A stretch of 64,000 nucleotides of DNA from an uncultured Spirochaetota bacterium. Lineage in GTDB: Bacteria > Spirochaetota > Spirochaetia > SZUA-6 > Fen-1364. This document shows, piece after piece, positions 61,402 through 64,000 of the stretch; within the stretch, counting starts at the first letter, position 1, and each line of letters starts with the position of its first letter. A model generated the notes under the pieces. It searched no databases and was not told the origin of the DNA. It saw only the letters and a list, made by a program, of their open reading frames with translations. The stretch is from positions 64,001 to 128,000 of the forward strand of contig CAWJSK010000014.1 of the NCBI GenBank assembly GCA_963845535.1, given 5' to 3'. Both the position numbers and the translations under genes were made by a program.

Positions 61402-61805
61402 CGAAAGCGAACAAGGAAACGGCGGTAGCGGAGGAACTGCAAAGGGCCAATCAAGCGCTCACCGCCTTCGAGTTGCTCGTCAGAGGCGGGGTTCTTTCAG
61501 ATGCCGTCTCACGCCTTTACTACTGCCTGCTTCATCGCGTCAAAGCGCTCCTCCTGACTGAGGGGCTCGAGCCAAAGAGCCATGAAGGCGCGCTTCACCT
61601 GCTCTCCCAGCACTTCGTGAAGCCTGGACACCTTGAGCCCGCGGCAACGCAATTTTTCGCCCAGTTGATGAAGTACCGCGAGGAGGCTGACTACAGCCCA
61701 TCTTTCACTTTTGCCGAAAGCGACGTCACCGGTCTGCGTGACGGGGTTAACAGCCTCTCTGCAAAGTTGCTCGATCTCATTCGCGCAGCGGGATTCCAAG
61801 CATAG
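61398..61805 (+). CDS. HEPN domain protein
   Basis: DAVSRLYY, KSHEG, REEADY; ATGA overlap with MNT. Confidence 0.88.
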   Translation: MTKANKETAVAEELQRANQALTAFELLVRGGVLSDAVSRLYYCLLHRVKALLLTEGLEPKSHEGALHLLSQHFVKPGHLEPAATQFFAQLMKYREEADYSPSFTFAESDVTGLRDGVNSLSAKLLDLIRAAGFQA

Positions 61806-61896
61806 ATCGTAGTCTATAATCCCATTTCCTTGTTCGCGCCGCGGGCGTCCCCGAACGAAATATCCGCGCCTTCTCCAACCGGGAGTTATCGGTCGG

Positions 61897-62613
61897 CTAT
61901 AGCTCCTGCCGCTGGGCAACCACCACCCTGTTCCGTCCCTTCCTCTTGGCTTCCAGGAGCGCCTGGTCCGCCGCCCTGATGGCTCCTTCGGAGTCATCTC
62001 CGCGCTCTTCCGCAATGCCAATGCTGATGGTGACGCGGATGGGGTGGCCGCCCACGTCGAACGTCGCTCCCTCGATGATGGACCTCAGTTTTTCCGCCGC
62101 CGCTTCGGCCCCCGCGGCCTCCGTTTCCGGCAGAAGAGCCAGGAACTCCTCTCCGCCCCAGCGGACCTTGAGGTCTTCGGAGCGCAGAGCAGAGGCAAAC
62201 GTTCGGGCCGTTTCCTGCAGGACCTTGTCCCCGATATCGTGGCCGTGGCGATCGTTCACATCCTTGAAGCTGTCGATGTCCGCCATGAGGATGCACAGCG
62301 GCCGCCGGTGCCGGCGGGACCGCGACAGCTCCGCTTCTATCCTGTCGAAGAACGCGCGCCGGTTCATGAGCCCCGTGAGGAAGTCCGTGCGCATTGCCTC
62401 ATCCAGCACCTCGTTGAGCTCCTTGAGCCTGAGCTGGTAGCTGTCACTGATGTGGACCGTCTTCATGAACGTCCGAACCATGTGCGCGTACCGGTCCGCA
62501 AGCTCGCGGTAGGGCTCCAGGAGCGGGTTGCCGGCGAACGCGGGGTCGGTGAGGACCTCCCGCGTGCGCTCCAGGAAAGGGTCAGGGGCGGGGGAATTGT
62601 TCTTACGGCTCAC
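61897..62613 (-). CDS. siaD: Diguanylate cyclase, SiaD-like
   Basis: ISDSYQ N-terminal helix, DFLTGLMNRR, RSED I-site, GGEEF. Confidence 0.85.
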   Translation of the reverse strand: MSRKNNSPAPDPFLERTREVLTDPAFAGNPLLEPYRELADRYAHMVRTFMKTVHISDSYQLRLKELNEVLDEAMRTDFLTGLMNRRAFFDRIEAELSRSRRHRRPLCILMADIDSFKDVNDRHGHDIGDKVLQETARTFASALRSEDLKVRWGGEEFLALLPETEAAGAEAAAEKLRSIIEGATFDVGGHPIRVTISIGIAEERGDDSEGAIRAADQALLEAKRKGRNRVVVAQRQEL

Positions 62614-62996
62614 GGGGCCGATCCCTCCAGGCGGATTTCGAACGGAAGCGTGACATCCTCACGGAACTCCTCCGCCGCCTCGCGGGCGCGGTCGTTCTCC
62701 TTGTCGCAATACCAGGTCACGCCCACGGCCCTCCCGATCTTGTAGGCGTTTTCCAGCAGGTCGAGGAGGTCGATGACGCACTTGGTGCTGCTCGTATTGA
62801 GGTAGCTGAGGCGAATCTCGAGCGTCAGGGGGTCCGGGCGTTCCCGGAGAAACTGCCGGGCCCAGTCATTGATGGGAGTGAAGAAGTCGAACGCGTTCTG
62901 CGGGTAGGATTCTCCGGACAGCTCCATGCGTCCGCGGCTGGCGTCCAGCCGGACCGTGGGCGAAGAGACGCTGCCTGCAATGGTCAGGTCGTTCAT
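62610..62996 (-). CDS. siaC: SiaC-family phosphoprotein (DUF1987)
   Basis: SGESYPQNAFDFF, YLNTSSTK, AEEFREDV. Confidence 0.88.
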   Translation of the reverse strand: MNDLTIAGSVSSPTVRLDASRGRMELSGESYPQNAFDFFTPINDWARQFLRERPDPLTLEIRLSYLNTSSTKCVIDLLDLLENAYKIGRAVGVTWYCDKENDRAREAAEEFREDVTLPFEIRLEGSAP

Positions 62997-63009
62997 GATC
63001 GGCGCTTCC

Positions 63010-63555
63010 TCATATGATGACCGACAGGCTGAAGAACCGGTACGTGTCGTCGATTTCGCGAAAGCCCCAGGAAAGCGGCCGCGTGGCGCGCCGGGCAACG
63101 TCGATCAGGCCCAGTCCGGCTCCTCCCTCCGCAGGACGAGGCGCGCGCAGCTTCTCCTTGTACAGCGCCTTGAGCCCCGGCTTGTCCATGGCCTTGAGCC
63201 CTTCCAGGCGTGATGAAAGAGCACCGACGTCGGACTGATCCACCATGTTGCCGGCGCTGACGGCGTACCCTTCACCGTGCCTGCCAATGGCGAGCGTCCC
63301 GGCGTCCAGGCCGGCCTCGCCGCCGCCCTTCAGCCGATGCGTGTACGACTGCATGTTCTGGGCCAGCTCGACGAAAACGGCGAACACGTCGGACACGGCG
63401 GAACGGGAGGCGGTCTCCGTCTCGAGGTACCGCTTCACGGCGACCCCGATCTCCTCGATGATGCTGTGGGAGAACGGGCCGTTGAAGCAGATGAGGACTT
63501 CGCCGTCCATGAAGCTCTTGCGAAGGCTGTAAAGGTCCAGAGCCGACTTTTCCAT
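63010..63555 (-). CDS. siaB: SiaB-family protein kinase (DUF6272)
   Basis: FNGPFSHSIIEEIG, VFVELAQN, GAGLGLIDVARRA. Confidence 0.88.
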   Translation of the reverse strand: MEKSALDLYSLRKSFMDGEVLICFNGPFSHSIIEEIGVAVKRYLETETASRSAVSDVFAVFVELAQNMQSYTHRLKGGGEAGLDAGTLAIGRHGEGYAVSAGNMVDQSDVGALSSRLEGLKAMDKPGLKALYKEKLRAPRPAEGGAGLGLIDVARRATRPLSWGFREIDDTYRFFSLSVII

Positions 63556-63557
63556 TC

Positions 63558-64000
63558 TTACCCTCCTCTGAGGCGGAATCCTATCACGGTTATATCATCG
63601 CGTTGGGGGCGTTGTCCGCGCCATTGGGCCAGGGCGGAGTCGATGCGCGCAAGCTGCTCAGGCGGCGCAAGGGTCGCACAGGAGGAGACAAGCTGGGCGA
63701 AGCGGTTGCTTCCGAATCCGAACCCCCGGGGGCCCCCGGCAAGGTCGAGGAGCCCGTCCGTTGTCAGGGAGAAGGTTGTGCCGGCCAGGGGTACTTCGGT
63801 CCCGGCCAGTCGCCCTCGCGATCTCCCGCGCCGTGATCCGATTGCCCCGCGGCCCGAGCGGATGCGCAGGGCTCCCCGCGCGCCGTGGCCGAACAAATCG
63901 ATCCCCGCTCCCGCGTACCGCAGCCTGCCCGCCTTCGGCTCGATGCGGCACAGCGCGATGTCCAGCCCGCGCTCGTCTCCCAGCCCTCCCGCGTCCTCCC
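63558..64000 (-). CDS. siaA: SpoIIE/PP2C phosphatase, SiaA-like (3' part only)
   Basis: GLDIALC, YAGA, TTDGLLDLAGG, QRDDITVIGF. Confidence 0.8.
   Translation of the reverse strand, partial: EDAGGLGDERGLDIALCRIEPKAGRLRYAGAGIDLFGHGARGALRIRSGRGAIGSRRGRSRGRLAGTEVPLAGTTFSLTTDGLLDLAGGPRGFGFGSNRFAQLVSSCATLAPPEQLARIDSALAQWRGQRPQRDDITVIGFRLRGG

Noticed and set aside
63558..64000. Suspected frameshift in siaA (Arg/Gly-rich stretch)
   Set aside because: Manual translation shows one continuous frame from the window edge to the stop codon

Overview
A GC-rich bacterial chromosomal segment, most likely from a free-living spirochaete. This is inferred from an FlcA-like flagellar collar protein, a spirochaete-type flagellar lytic transglycosylase, an Hsp70-like/LysM protein and a STAS-zinc-ribbon protein. 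The core content is a 2-oxoacid dehydrogenase E1/E2, trxA, an FMN-riboswitch-controlled ribD-ribE-ribBA-ribH operon, ssb, ilvE, a molybdopterin oxidoreductase, a class II ribonucleotide reductase carrying a 167-aa mini-intein, mnmE-mnmG-rsmG and ftsK. The accessory content is an omptin/lipoprotein islet, an IS5-family element with clear IRs and a TATA target duplication inside a DUF6544-like gene, a tightly coupled Phd-VapC-SNF2-SWIM operon, an A2-type cytochrome c oxidase operon led by SYLF, dehydrogenase and cytochrome c genes, an MNT-HEPN pair and a siaABCD-like c-di-GMP operon. Many single-base frameshifts in housekeeping genes suggest indel errors in the sequence. Several genes look leaderless. 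No rRNA, tRNA or CRISPR array was seen. All family calls come from motif recognition by eye; no searches were run.
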